A stretch of 64,000 nucleotides of DNA from Haliotis cracherodii (taxonomy: Eukaryota). The notes beneath the pieces were generated by a model. It saw nothing but the letters and a program-made list of their open reading frames with translations. It searched no databases and was not told where the DNA came from. Numbering within the stretch: position 1 is the stretch's first letter; the number at the start of each line of letters is the position of its first letter. Below are positions 26,305-38,367 of the stretch, piece after piece. The stretch spans positions 29,264,001-29,328,000 of the forward strand of contig NW_027266343.1 of the NCBI RefSeq assembly GCF_022045235.1. Direction: 5' to 3'. The translations under genes were made by a program, and so were the position numbers.

Positions 26305-26540
26305 TGTTGGTTGTTTAACGCCGCACTCCGCAATATTCCAGCTATATGACGGCAGTCTGTAAATAACCGAGTGTGAACCAGACAATTCTGGGATTGACAT
26401 CATGATCATCGAACCACGCAATTGGGATACGATGACATGCATCAACCAAGTCTGCGAGCCTGACCAGCTGATCCCATTAGTCGCCTCTTACTGCAAGCAT
26501 GGGTTGCTAAAGACCTATTCTCAACTTGGATCTTCACGGA
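26305..26540 (-). mobile_element. Family B SINE-like copy, minus strand
   Basis: Reverse complement of the family B consensus. Confidence 0.85.
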
Positions 26541-27744
26541 TCTAACTGTTTACTAATGACTGAGGGAATGAAAGACATTTGGATGAAGTTATAATTCTAA
26601 CAGCACAGACATAATTGTATTTGCAGTTATACTTAAATGGCTTTTTCATGTTGTGATGTGTGTACAGATATTTTTAGATTTTAAAAATTATTAGACATCA
26701 CTTTCTCCATGATGTTTGTGTTTCAGAATATGTTTTAAGGTTTGCACAAACAGTATTGACGGGGCCAAAGAGTCGTTATGCTACTGACTCAGACTTAGGT
26801 AAATGTTTTCTTTGTGTATCATCATCGTGTCTCCACACAGAAATAAGCCATGGGGTGAAACCTGGCAACAATCTCTGTCTTTAGTCAAGATAGTGCTGTC
26901 TGTGTTTTGTTCAATCTTGTTAATCTATCCCTAAGACCGTGGTGCTGACATGATACCACTTTGTGTGAAGGTCTGACCTCCCTACAGAATGTGGAATCAG
27001 TGAACATCATGTTTGACCGCCAATTCTAAATGAAGGATGTATGGAATCTTGAACCAATCAGATGTTGGCTTTCCTAAATGATTAGATTTCATTCATTTAC
27101 CACCTTGATTGGGAAATTTCTATTTTAGCAAAAGTTTTATTTAGCCTGCATGATGATCTGAGGCCACCTCCATGGGATCAGGATGTTGGTACCAGCGAGT
27201 GAAACATCCAGATAAGCAGACTGATTTTGTATATCGAAAATGAATATAATCGACTTCCAAATGCAATAATGAGCCATGTTAATATATTGTTGCTGATTCT
27301 TGGGGCCATCTTCACTCAATAGGGTGTACTATCAAGAGTATATTAATGCTTGGTGGCATTTGTCTTCTGCCATTATCCAAATTTAGGAGTTTTGACAGTC
27401 AGTGTTTGCTCAAGGTTTACCTGTCCTGACATAGAGATGTCCTCAGGGAAAACTCTGACTGCCCAAGTTAAAGGAAGGATGCGTTGGTTCACCAATCAGG
27501 TGTTGGACATTTTCACTTGTACAAACGAAAACCCGCACAGAACACAAATGGTCAACTTATTTGGAGGTAAATGCCATGGCTGTCATTAACGGCAGGGTGT
27601 ATAAGATATCATCAGTTTAACATCACAGTTTATATATTTTAGACATTAAAGTTCATTCATGAGATACAGAAATCCGAAATACAGGTCGGAGTCCTTCACT
27701 TATTCATACCAAGAATTCTGATGCCTCAAGTGTAAGTGGCTGAT

Positions 27745-27890
27745 AAAAAAGTTCACCTGACAGTCGTCAGATCTTCATTTAGAGGGGTATTATAACAGAG
27801 TAAAAGATCTTAAGGAAAAAAGTTCACCTGACAGTCGTCAGATCTTCATTTAGAGGGGTATTATAACAGAGTAAAAGATCTTAAGGAAAA
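27745..27890. repeat. Perfect 71-bp local tandem duplication
   Basis: aaaaaagttcacctgacagtcgtcagatc...gatcttaagg at 27745 and 27816. Confidence 0.95.
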
Positions 27891-30782
27891 TAACAATAAT
27901 GGAGTAAAAGTTTTTATGTTGATTATGCAGGAAAGTAACAATAAAGCACAGACAAAGCACAATAACAGTTGTCCTACCTGTGTTTTTTTATACAGTAAAA
28001 CCACATTGTTCAGGACCGTATCATGAACAAATGACACAGTTCTATTTGAACATTAGTTGATATAACTTTTATTGAATTATCAAAACAAAAAATGGAAAAA
28101 ATCCTGAGACCATTTTCACCGGCCCCTCCTCCTATAACAAATGACCAGTCCATTAGGGTGCATTTTACTGTACCAGGGAAGTATATGTTTGACTGACCTA
28201 TGTGTGAGGGTCGTCAGTTTTAACTGACCTATGTGAGGTGATGACGACTTTTGGATTACTTGTGAGTAGGCCATTTTATGCTGCAAACTTTTGAGTGAAC
28301 CATGCTTCATTATTACATATTTAAAATATCTAAATAATTTACTTTGTGATAGTATTTAAATGTTTTGTGTTTGTGAAATTGTTTTTCAAGTAAGAATTTG
28401 TGGACTTTTACTTGTGAATTAATCATGTTGTGAAAGAGTTCTATGCAAGGTACAAGCTATTATTTCATAATCAGTTGTTTTGAAATGTGAAGTGTTTTCA
28501 TTGTCTTCATACAAGCAAAAGGATGTCACTTAATGTTCATCTTCAACAGTCATTGGTATGTGTGTATGAAATATTTGTATGATAAATCTAGGAAAGATTG
28601 TCATTGTTAATACTGGACCCTTCAGAACTCAATGAGGGGGCACAGGTGGCCCAGTTATCTAAGGCACCGCAATTCACTGTCACAAAGCTAGGATTATGGG
28701 TTCGAATCCTGATTCACTCCCATTATGTTTCTAGGCTTGTCAGCACCATACCCGTGCTCGTGGGGTTCCACAAATTGTAAATGTCTTAAGATGTGCATCA
28801 CTTTGGGCTTTCAGATGTCTTGAGTTGGACCTAATTTGGAATCATCAGGCGTCATGACTTCTCAGTCGAATGCCCTCTTTTGGTGGCCATGTGGTGTAAG
28901 CTAGGGCAAATTGCTCTGCAGAAGATCCTGGGTTTAAATCCATGATTATGAACCTTGGGTTGTCCATCCTGTACCATGCTTGTGGGTTTCACCAATGTTT
29001 GTGTGTTATTATTTAATGCTGCACTCAGCAAAAATTCAAGTTATATGGTGGCATTCTGTAAATGTTCAAAACAATCCAGGATTGGTATTATGAGCAACAA
29101 TCAGGGCATGTTTTCCATGCTATCAACCAAGTCACAGTTTCTGACCCCCAAATCCTCATGCTGCAATCTGTGTGACTCTGGGCTTTCCTCTCATATGCTG
29201 ATGAGTCATGAAATCACAGGTAGTCGTGCTTTGTGATGTAATGACTATTTCCAGTATAAGTCCATGTATTGCAACCAGTATGTTTAGGGTTGAATTTATG
29301 TGTATTTAGGCTTTACATGTTTTTTCAGTTGGCTTAGGAGACCGACTGTCATGAATAACCTGAAATCATTTTTTAAGGTTTCATCATTAAAATATACCTT
29401 TGTTTGTGAATCAATCAACTATCAGTGACTATTGCCAGTTGTCATTTCTAACTTCTCTGTCCATCAGTGACTGATATACATGTGTTTATGTCTGTTCTAA
29501 TATAGTAGAACTATTTAGATCATTGTTATTCCCATCAATCTCTGTAGAATCCATGAATCTTTGTTATTTCTGTGAGGTATGAAGCTATGTTGAGTGATGT
29601 AAATAATTAATCATTATTTATTTGTCAATTGTTGTTTTCCATAATAAAATATTTCAAAATAATCAATGAAGTGAGTGTGTAATTTAATTAACTGAACATG
29701 GTGTATGTTACAAACAATGCAATGATGTAAATGGATGGTACTTGTTGTTAACCTGCCTGGCGTTCAGCATAAGTAGCTAAAACAAGGCCTGTTCAGCTCA
29801 GAGTCAGTATACGGTGTCTGAGTGGGGTATTCATGTTAAACTGCGGCATTGTTTCTCAATGGGCTAGCACTATTAAAAGTCCGGACTAGTACAAGCAGCC
29901 ACACACGCATATTGCTATATGAGCACACTTATCTTGAACGTGATGTTAAACACAATTTTACCTCACCTTTTAATTAATACGTGCGACCATTTTGGGGACC
30001 ATCGTTTTATCATCACTTCTCCAGTCTGTGCCATTGTCTGTCTCCTCACTGGCTTTTCAAGTGACAATTCTTACTACTACAAATTGAAAAACAAACAAAA
30101 TTACAATTAATAATGTCAAACAGGAGACAAGGTTCTATGTAACTATTGTATCAACTAACTAATTTTATTGGAGGTCATTTTCTTCAAATTGTCTTGGGGC
30201 ATTATCTCTATAACCCACACAGATTGCTGTCCAGAGTTATGCCTCTTAGACATACCAGAAACCTTTAATCATGGGTTTGAATTCCTGTTATCCAGGTAAT
30301 ATTTCTAGGTTTGTCAGCCCCATACCCATGGGTTTCGCCAAAGTGGTAAATATGTAAGACCTGAATCCCTTTACGCTTTCACCTCACATCTCCCACATTG
30401 ACTGATTCTCATCCAAAGGCCCTTACACCACTGGGCCCTCCTCGCCCTCCTTGACTGAACAAACCTGTGTTGTATATATAGAGTTTCGTAGTATAATAGA
30501 AGAAAGAGTTGATACAATCATGGACATGCTGTTGTCTTCAGAAAATCAGTGCATAATTACAAGTTGCCATCAGATACATATCTTTTACAGCTGCTGCTTC
30601 TCGCCATGTAACGGTGTTCTGGGCTAGATTGTGTCTGATGGACAGGCGGACAGGGTCGATTGGTGTGGATTGTTGTTCATGCAATCACTCACTGGACCAT
30701 GTAACTTGTGATATAAAAAAAACCTCAGAGGCAGACAAGGCCTCGTCTACGATTTCTTTTGCGAGTTTTTCCATTATTATTA

Positions 30783-30837
30783 TTAGGGCTCCAAGCCGAA
30801 AGGCTGTAGAGCCCTATTGTAATCGTTCGATTTATTA

Positions 30838-30873
<36 letters not shown>

Positions 30874-33800
30874 TATTATTCCGCCGTTTTTTGTTCCAGA
30901 GATAGCAGTTTAACCACTGGCTCGATTTTGTTCAAATTTTGTGTGTGTGTGCAAGTTGTTAGGTACCAGATACCACAAAAAAACCAAGGCCGTAGGCCCT
31001 ATGGCCAAGGGCAGATAACTGAAAAACAAGTTTTTTTTGAAGATATATTTCGCCTTATTGCTCCGCAACCGCTCGTCCGATTACTTTCAAACTTTACACA
31101 TGTCTGCTGCTTCGGGTGCTTAACATTTTCTGTTCTTTGATCTTGGTCATTGGTCACGTGCTTTGGCAGCCATATTGGATTCAAAGTTTTTACAGGGTTT
31201 TGGGGGTACCCGTCTTCAAATCCTATCTCCTCTGAATCCAATGCATGAAATGCATCCAAACTTTCTGAGTACTGTCTCCATACATATCACATCAAACTCT
31301 GTGAGCCGATTTTGGATATCTTTTTTAGTTGCTGCCATATTGGATTCAAGGTTTTCACAGGGTTTTTTGGGTACCTGTCTTCAAATACTATCTCCTCTGA
31401 ATCCACTGCATGAAATGCTTTCAAACTTTCTGAGAATTGTCTCCACACATAACACACCAAACTCTGTTAGCCGTTTTTGGATATCTGTCTTAGTGACGGC
31501 TCTGTTTGATTTTGATTTTGATGATTTCTTTCACCGAATTTTTCCTTTAAATAAAGATCACATCTTGTAAGGTTCTCTACAGAAACTATTGAAAGTTTAC
31601 ATGAAGTTAGTCGGGCACATGTATCTCATCTTTTGTTCTTGGCTGCATGCTAAAAGTAAAACCGCTTGGTGGTAATATTGACAAAATACCGAATATATCG
31701 CTCAGAAAACCTAGGGTTATTTCCCTTTGACCGTCAAGTGTCTTTTGCAGTATGTATGCTGCCCTTGAAGATCGGGGTTAGAATTGGTCTTCAGCAACCC
31801 ACGCTTGTCTTTAGAGGCTATTGGGATTCGAACATTGTCTGGGTGGTAAATGGGTTTAGAACACACTGGTTGACTCTGGCACACGCCAATTTCGTAGTGG
31901 TGATGTCCTGCAAACGGTGACTATCATTTGCATGAGTTGGTACAAGCAAACCATATGCGGATTCGAACATGGTCGATGTCAAACATGGGTTAAGAACACA
32001 CTGGGACACATGTGGGGATGTCTGACAAGCGGTTCATTACATTTGACGGCGTTGGTACAGGCAAACCATTTGAGGATTCGAACATGGTCGAAGTCGAACA
32101 TGGGTTAAGAGCACACATGGACACATGCGGGGATGTCTGACAAGCGGTTCAATACATTTGACGGTGTTGGTACAGGCAAACCATTTGAGGATTCGAACAT
32201 GGTCGAAGTCGAACATGGGTTAAGAGCACACATGGACACATGCGGGGATGTCTGACAAGCGGTTCAATACATTTGACAGCGATGGTACAGGCAAACCATT
32301 TGAGGATTCGAACATGGTCGAAGTCAAACATGGGTCAAGAACACACTGGGACACATGTGGTGATGTCTCACAAGCGGTTCCTTACATTTGATGGCGTTGG
32401 TACAAACAAACCATATGCGGATTCGAACATGGTCGAAGTCAAACATGGGTTAAGAACACACTCGGACAAATGTGGTGATGTCTCGCAAGCGGTTCCTAAC
32501 ATTTGATGGCTTTGGTACAAATAAACCATTTGAGGATTCGAACATGGTCGAAGTTGGAAATTGGTAAAATCATCCTGGGACACCCAGGCACATGTCAATT
32601 TAGTAGTGGGGATGTCTCACCAGAGGTTCTTTACATTTGACGGCGTTGGTACAGGTAAACCCTTTGAGGATTCGAATATATGAAAGAGGTGGGAAACAGG
32701 TTTAGCACTTTATCTCAGCAATGCGACAGGAACCCAGGACCCGGACGAACGCAGAACGCTAATCCGTTTGACTGGAGCCCAACTGACAAAGAAGTTACAG
32801 CCTGTTAAAGAGTCACCAAGCCGAAAGGCTGAAGAGTCCCAGTGTTAGCGTTTGATTTAATATTATTATCATTCCGCTGATTTTTGTACCAGAGCTAGAA
32901 AAATAACCACTGGCTCGATTTTGTTCAAATTTTGTGTGTGTATGAGGACCGATGGGTACTGGTGCCCGCCAAAAACCGAAGGCCGTAGGCGGAAAGGCCA
33001 AGGGCAGATAACTAAAAGAACAGAATATTTTGAAGATGTATTTCGCTTTATTGCTCCACAACCGCTTATCTTATTACTTTGAAACCTAGCATGTATCTGC
33101 TGCTTGAGCTGCTTGACATTTTATGTTCTTTGACTTTGGTCATTGGTCACATGGTTTGGCAGCCATATTGGATTCAAGGTTTTCACAGTGTTTTTAGGGT
33201 ACCTGTCTTCAAATGCAAACAACTTTGAGTCCACTGAATGAAATGCTTTCAAACTTTCTGATAATTGTCTCCATACACAACACATCAAACATTAATAGCC
33301 GATTTTGGATATCTTTTTTAGTTGCGGCCATATTGGATTTTGATTTTGATCATTTTTTTCACCGAAATTTTACTTTAAAGATCATATCTTGTAAGGTTGT
33401 TGACAGAAACTATTGCAAGTTTACATGAAGTTAGTGTGCCATATGCATCTCATTTTTTGTTCATGGTTGTATGCTAAAAGTAACACTGCTTGGTGGTAAT
33501 ATTTGATTAATATTTGGGACACCCCTGGAACACGCCAATTTCGTAGCGACGATTTCCGGTGACTATCTTTTGACAGAGTTGGTACAAGCAAACCCTTTAT
33601 GGATTCGAACATGTTCGAGATCGTAAATGGGTTTAGAACAGACCTGTACACCCTGGCACACGCCGATTTTGTAGCGGCGATGCCCTGCAAGTGATGCCTA
33701 CATTTGACGGATTTGGTTCAAGGAAACCCTTTGAGGATTCGAACAAGGATGTTTGTGCACAGTGTTACTTGGAGCCCGCCATTGCTGCTTGCAGCTTTAA
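30783..33800 (+). mobile_element. Non-autonomous Helentron (HINE/DINE-1-like) insertion, apparently a tandem dimer, present only in unit 1
   Basis: Sub-TIR gggctccaag (30786-30795) pairs with cttggagccc (33768-33777). 5' hairpin AGGGCTC/GAGCCCT, then (TTA)n. 3' hairpin GCTGC-TT-GCAGC at 33784-33795. A second head begins at ~32815. The other units have an empty (TTA)n site. Confidence 0.7.
31824..32680. repeat. 115-bp tandem repeat (~6 copies, plus 134/135-bp variants) inside the HINE-like element; a 165-bp repeat also lies at ~31165-31520
   Basis: ggattcgaac at 31959, 32074, 32189, 32304, 32419 and 32534. Confidence 0.92.
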
Positions 33801-34254
33801 TTATTATTATTATTATTATTATTATTAGTTGGTCCGATGGTCCGGTGAATGACTGTGTTGTCTGGCCCAAGGTCGAGTATTTACAGGCCAAATGTATATA
33901 TTGTGTGCAATTTTTATATTCGCACATTAATCACATGTTCGATTTAGAACAGTTAAGGTCCTGTGTGGGGAACAAGCTTCAGGCTTTGAAACTATTTGGT
34001 CTCAATAAGAGTTTATGATGAGGAAGGATGCATTGCCCATAATTCTAGCGATAACAAACCATTTTAGATATTCGTGGTCACTCCTTCAGATAAGCACTTC
34101 TTGTACAGTACCACGCTGTTAAAATCGTTTGATATGCAAATCACTTAGAATCTATATTTGAACGAGGCGCCAACTCAACATTAGGCTTGAAACATGACTG
34201 GGATCCTGATTTGACATACGACATCCGAGTAGAGCAGGGAGAGAACCAGTCAAG

Positions 34255-34325
34255 CTGTTAACGTCACGTGATGCTATGACCGTCTCGCGAGATTTATGAC
34301 GTCGCCTTGACGACACTTTCACTAC
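34255..34325 (+). promoter_or_regulatory. Putative promoter of the array gene (also at ~42200, ~49970, ~57950)
   Basis: CpG-rich patch with E-box GTCACGTGA (34263-34271), palindrome TCTCGCGAGA (34283-34292) and CRE-like TGACGTC (34297-34303). An Inr-like TTCACT lies ~100 bp before the ATG. Confidence 0.65.
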
Positions 34326-34419
34326 TGGCATCGCCATTGTTGTGGTTATACTGCTGTCATATTACAACTTATCTGCTGCCTTTTACCTTGTATTGTTCTC
34401 ATCTGCGCTTGTGAAAACC

Positions 34420-37400
34420 ATGAACGCATACACCCAAGGTATTTCTTTGTTTCTGAATAAGCCATGTTGGCCCATTTCCTTGTTTTCTGCTTAAATTTCT
34501 CAATTAAATTTGAAGTAAGCCGAGATCTAAATCTATCGAAAAATTATTCTAGTAGGCCTAGATTTCTACCACCAACCATTCACCATTTATATAAGATTGT
34601 ATTTTTGTAGCCTTTGATAACATGTCCACATCTGAGACTGAAATATGTCCGATATATCTATATACTTTCCTTATTCTTATTCTGAAAAGAGACCATTTCT
34701 TTACACTCAATGTCAAGTATCGAAAGAAGAAACTTCAAATATGACAATTTGTCGTTTATAAAGATTTTTTTCCAGGTTACACTTAGGCCATTTCATCCTT
34801 TTCAGCCTGTTGATAAAACAAATCATCTATTTTAAACGTTTCATTTGAATTATCTTTCCCACAAATACTTGTCGGTTGTATCAGATTTAAATTCTACGGC
34901 TGATAGATCTAGGCATAGTTGTTTCTCTTCAAATACATAGTAAAAAACCACTGGTGTGTTAATTTTGCCTTTTTATAACATAGATATTTGTAGCCCTTCT
35001 GTAACAACAGTAAAACTAGCTCAGGGTAATATTTAACATCCCACTTTGTCAATGAGGTTGTGGTAGTTTTGTTTCCACAATGTTATAGTTTTATAGTTAA
35101 ACCGTTCCAAATGAATATACTGAAGATTAGTATTAGACTCAATCCTCAATATTTTGAAGCTTTCAAGATGCTAATGTGAAAGTGACTTCAATGAGGGGAT
35201 AGACACGACCGCTAGTCCGTTAGTTCGAGACTAGTGAAAATGGAAAGGGACTAGTTGTTTGTTTTATTCCAAAATCTTGTTGCTTTAATCAAACCACTAT
35301 TCTGAAGTACGGAATCCTTGGATATGACCAATCTGTGGTGTCTATACCTGCAAAGTCTTCCATCCCTATAGATAACACAAACATCAACATAGCTTCTGTC
35401 CATCATATGCATGAGATTCACTTGCGAAGAAAGTAAATACACATGTAATGTACAAATAGCAGAATTCTAAAACATAGTATAACAGCGGCACAACCACTGG
35501 TTTCATTTTGAAATGATAAAAATAAGCTGCGTATTTAGATCTACGTAAAGTACATAAAATGAGTTGCTTCCGAACAAATGGGCATGACAACAGTCAAAAC
35601 CCCAAGGTTCTTCACGGTGCTGTGCGTAAATACCAAACGTAACCTTTCCACCTATTTTCCCCATAGATATTTATTTACTGATCCAATTCAGGCATCAAGT
35701 AAAAGTGAATTCTACTGCCGTGAATAATTCCCAACAGGTGCATCTGGTTTATTGTCGTTTAGACAGGTATATACAGTTGTAAACATTTACGACATGTGAC
35801 ATTGGGGCTGCACATGAATGTTATTGGTTAAAAAAATACTTAAGGGAATGTAAACAAATTGAATACCTAAAGAGAATTATCAATACTCAGTATCAATGGT
35901 AACATGTGAGTAAATACACCATGGCTAAAACAGTATCTGGAACCCTGTGCTCTTATGAATCTTTCATAACGTTGTGACAATGACCAATCAATATCATAAT
36001 CTAGAACAAAATCATTAATAGTGTTAATATGTTCTATCAAGTATTATTCTGTGAATGTACACCCTACGACCACTTAATACCGGAAAACAAATCAATTTCG
36101 CAATCATTATCAACACGTTCACTGACAATATTTAGGCTCATTAAACTTTTCATGTAACATATGAAATGCATGCCAATTGTACGTCAATACTTAACAAACT
36201 TGTATAATGTTCCTACCAGGGTACCGACGAATTGGCTTTAAGTATAAACGATGAGTATACGCCACACACAGTGTAGTTTACAACTATAACAGTTATTAAC
36301 TATATTTCCGCATACAGGTACTGACCGTTGAGAAAACCTTTCCTTCATATACAATATATAGGTTGATGTAATGACTCCAGGTAAGAAAGGTCTTCAGCAA
36401 ACCATGCTTGTCGTAAGAGGCGACTAACGGGATCGGGTGGCATGTCATCGTATCCCAATTGCGTGGATCGATGCTCATGATGTCAATCACTGGATTGTCT
36501 GGTCCAGACTCGTTTATTTGCAAACCGCCGTCATATAGCTGGAATATTGCTGAGTGTGGCATTGAAACAACAAACAAAGACACCATTAGGACATTTTCAT
36601 GATTTGAGCATATTTGGATTGAATGTACTTCCATACTTCCATAGCATCATCAAACTACAGACACACCCTTACAACGTTTTGGATGGCAATCAGTCAATGT
36701 CCTAGAAAATGTACCCATCGGAAACCCTGGCTACCGCTTATATACTTGCCTTTTCTGAACTGACTGGATGACAGTGATCGAATGGATCATCAGGACCAAT
36801 TTAAATTTGTCTTAAAGTAGTTTATATACTGTCCAAGTTGATCCTGTTGCATTTATTCATTTATTTATGCATTTATTAACGCTCTCATTCTTTCTTTCCT
36901 GACAGCTCTTGACCTCGTGATCAGGTTCCCTTTGAACTTTGACATCTGGGCCCCTCCTCGCCAAGTGGGTGTCTTAGGGAATTAGTAATTTACTGTTATT
37001 CTAATCAATTAGTGAATTACTAACACGTGATACCAAAACGTATACTGTGGATTTGGAAAGTTTTATTCATGAGCATTATTAACCACGTATCATTATCACT
37101 AACGTTCTTATAACATCCTAATTATCCCCTTATTGATCCATATCCAACAACTACCCTCTTCTTCCTGTACTCCTATCTTCTGTCTCTCTCTACATGTCCT
37201 TCTCTCCCTCCCTGTCAGCGTCCTACTGGGAGGTACATGACCATCCTTGAACCCCTGTCAGAACTTCCCGTCCCTTCCACCTCTATCCCCGACCCTGCCC
37301 CTCTCTCTGCCTCCGTCCTCCGCGATGCCCCTCACTTCGTCGATATCAGCCTGGAAGATGACGAAACCCCGACCCAGTCCCCAGTTCGAGTCTTCCTGTC

Positions 37401-37452
37401 ACGTGTGTCTGGATTCTTGAGGAGAGTGTTCCGTGTCAAGATGGACGCTTAG
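34420..37452 (+). CDS. Unrecognised 103-aa protein, array copy 1; exons 34420-34438, 36906-36964, 37219-37452
   Basis: aaaaccATG AAC GCA TAC ACC CAA G|gtattt (phase 1); tttcctgacag|59-nt exon|gtgggt (phase 0); long polypyrimidine acceptor ...ccctgtcag. Spliced product: MNAYTQALDLVIRFPLNFDIWAPPRQRPTGRYMTILEPLSELPVPSTSIPDPAPLSASVLRDAPHFVDISLEDDETPTQSPVRVFLSRVSGFLRRVFRVKMDA*. AATAAA at 37486. Confidence 0.7.
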
Positions 37453-37921
37453 AGTGACATCTTGCTACCTCTTAGAACTTGTGTTAATAAATACCTTAAG
37501 AATACTTTAAAAAAATAAATGATATAGTGTTCTCTACATTTTGGACCTTTCGGACTTTTTTAATGTTTTGGATATTTTGATCATTTAGGACCATTTTGCT
37601 ATTTTTGGACCCCGGAATAAATACTTTTTTAAATGCTAAACCTTCAGTGTTTTTGGACTTTTTAGATACTTGGGCCATTTTGGATTACCTATAGAAATAC
37701 GTTATGTGCTTTTGGCTCTTTCGGACACTTTTGGCTTTACACTTTCAAGATTGGACTTTATTAAATCATTATGATTCAATATTTATTGTTGTTTTGTTTT
37801 TTTCCATTTAGCCGTTTCTCCTTTAGTCACGTTGTTGCAAACCATCTCCTTGGTTTGTCAGCCCCTTATACCTGTGTGCTTGTGGGTTTCACCAACTGTT
37901 GGCAGTATTTGAGGGCTTTTA

Positions 37922-38367
37922 GGTTACACACAACCAAATGTTTTCCCATAGACTTCTATAGTAACGTTATATCTTTTTTAAAAATAACTAGGCATTCAAC
38001 AGCCATTACATTTACATATATGCACAGTCTGGCCTTAAAGCTGCAATAAAAACACAAATTTTGGCTAGGTTAGTCAGCTCCTTTTCCGAGTTCAGGAAGC
38101 TGAACACACCAACCCAAGTTCCGCACCAAATGTCGCCTACTTGAAAATATCTGTGCTCACATAAAGCACAAGTCATCTTGTTAAAAAAGTCAGCACCAAA
38201 TATTGAAAAATATGGGCAGTTTTAATTGCTGGATGGATGTACATTTAAGAGACATAAAAATCTTACATAATATCATCCAATCACAGCCTGCAGATGTCTC
38301 TTGATCTGCACTGAAGGCGACGAAAACCGCACTGTCACAACCAGTTCTGATTTGGTGTAGTAGAACC
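37922..38367. mobile_element. 446-bp unit-1-specific element with GG...CC ends and a TTTA target duplication (Kolobok-like)
   Basis: Other units read gagggcttttatgtatg. Here ttta is duplicated at 37918-37921 and 38368-38371. Imperfect TIR ggttacacacaaccaaat / ggttctactacaccaaat. Confidence 0.65.

Noticed and set aside
31163-32598. ORFs within the 3-kb insertion as a transposase
   Set aside because: They are translations of the 165-bp and 115-bp tandem repeats, with no Rep/helicase or DDE motifs.
34770-36320. Additional exons in intron 1 of the array gene (acceptor-like sites at ~34775, ~36219, ~36317)
   Set aside because: I did not find matching donors that give an open, phase-compatible exon. 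The minimal 3-exon model is already in frame. RNA data are needed to exclude them.
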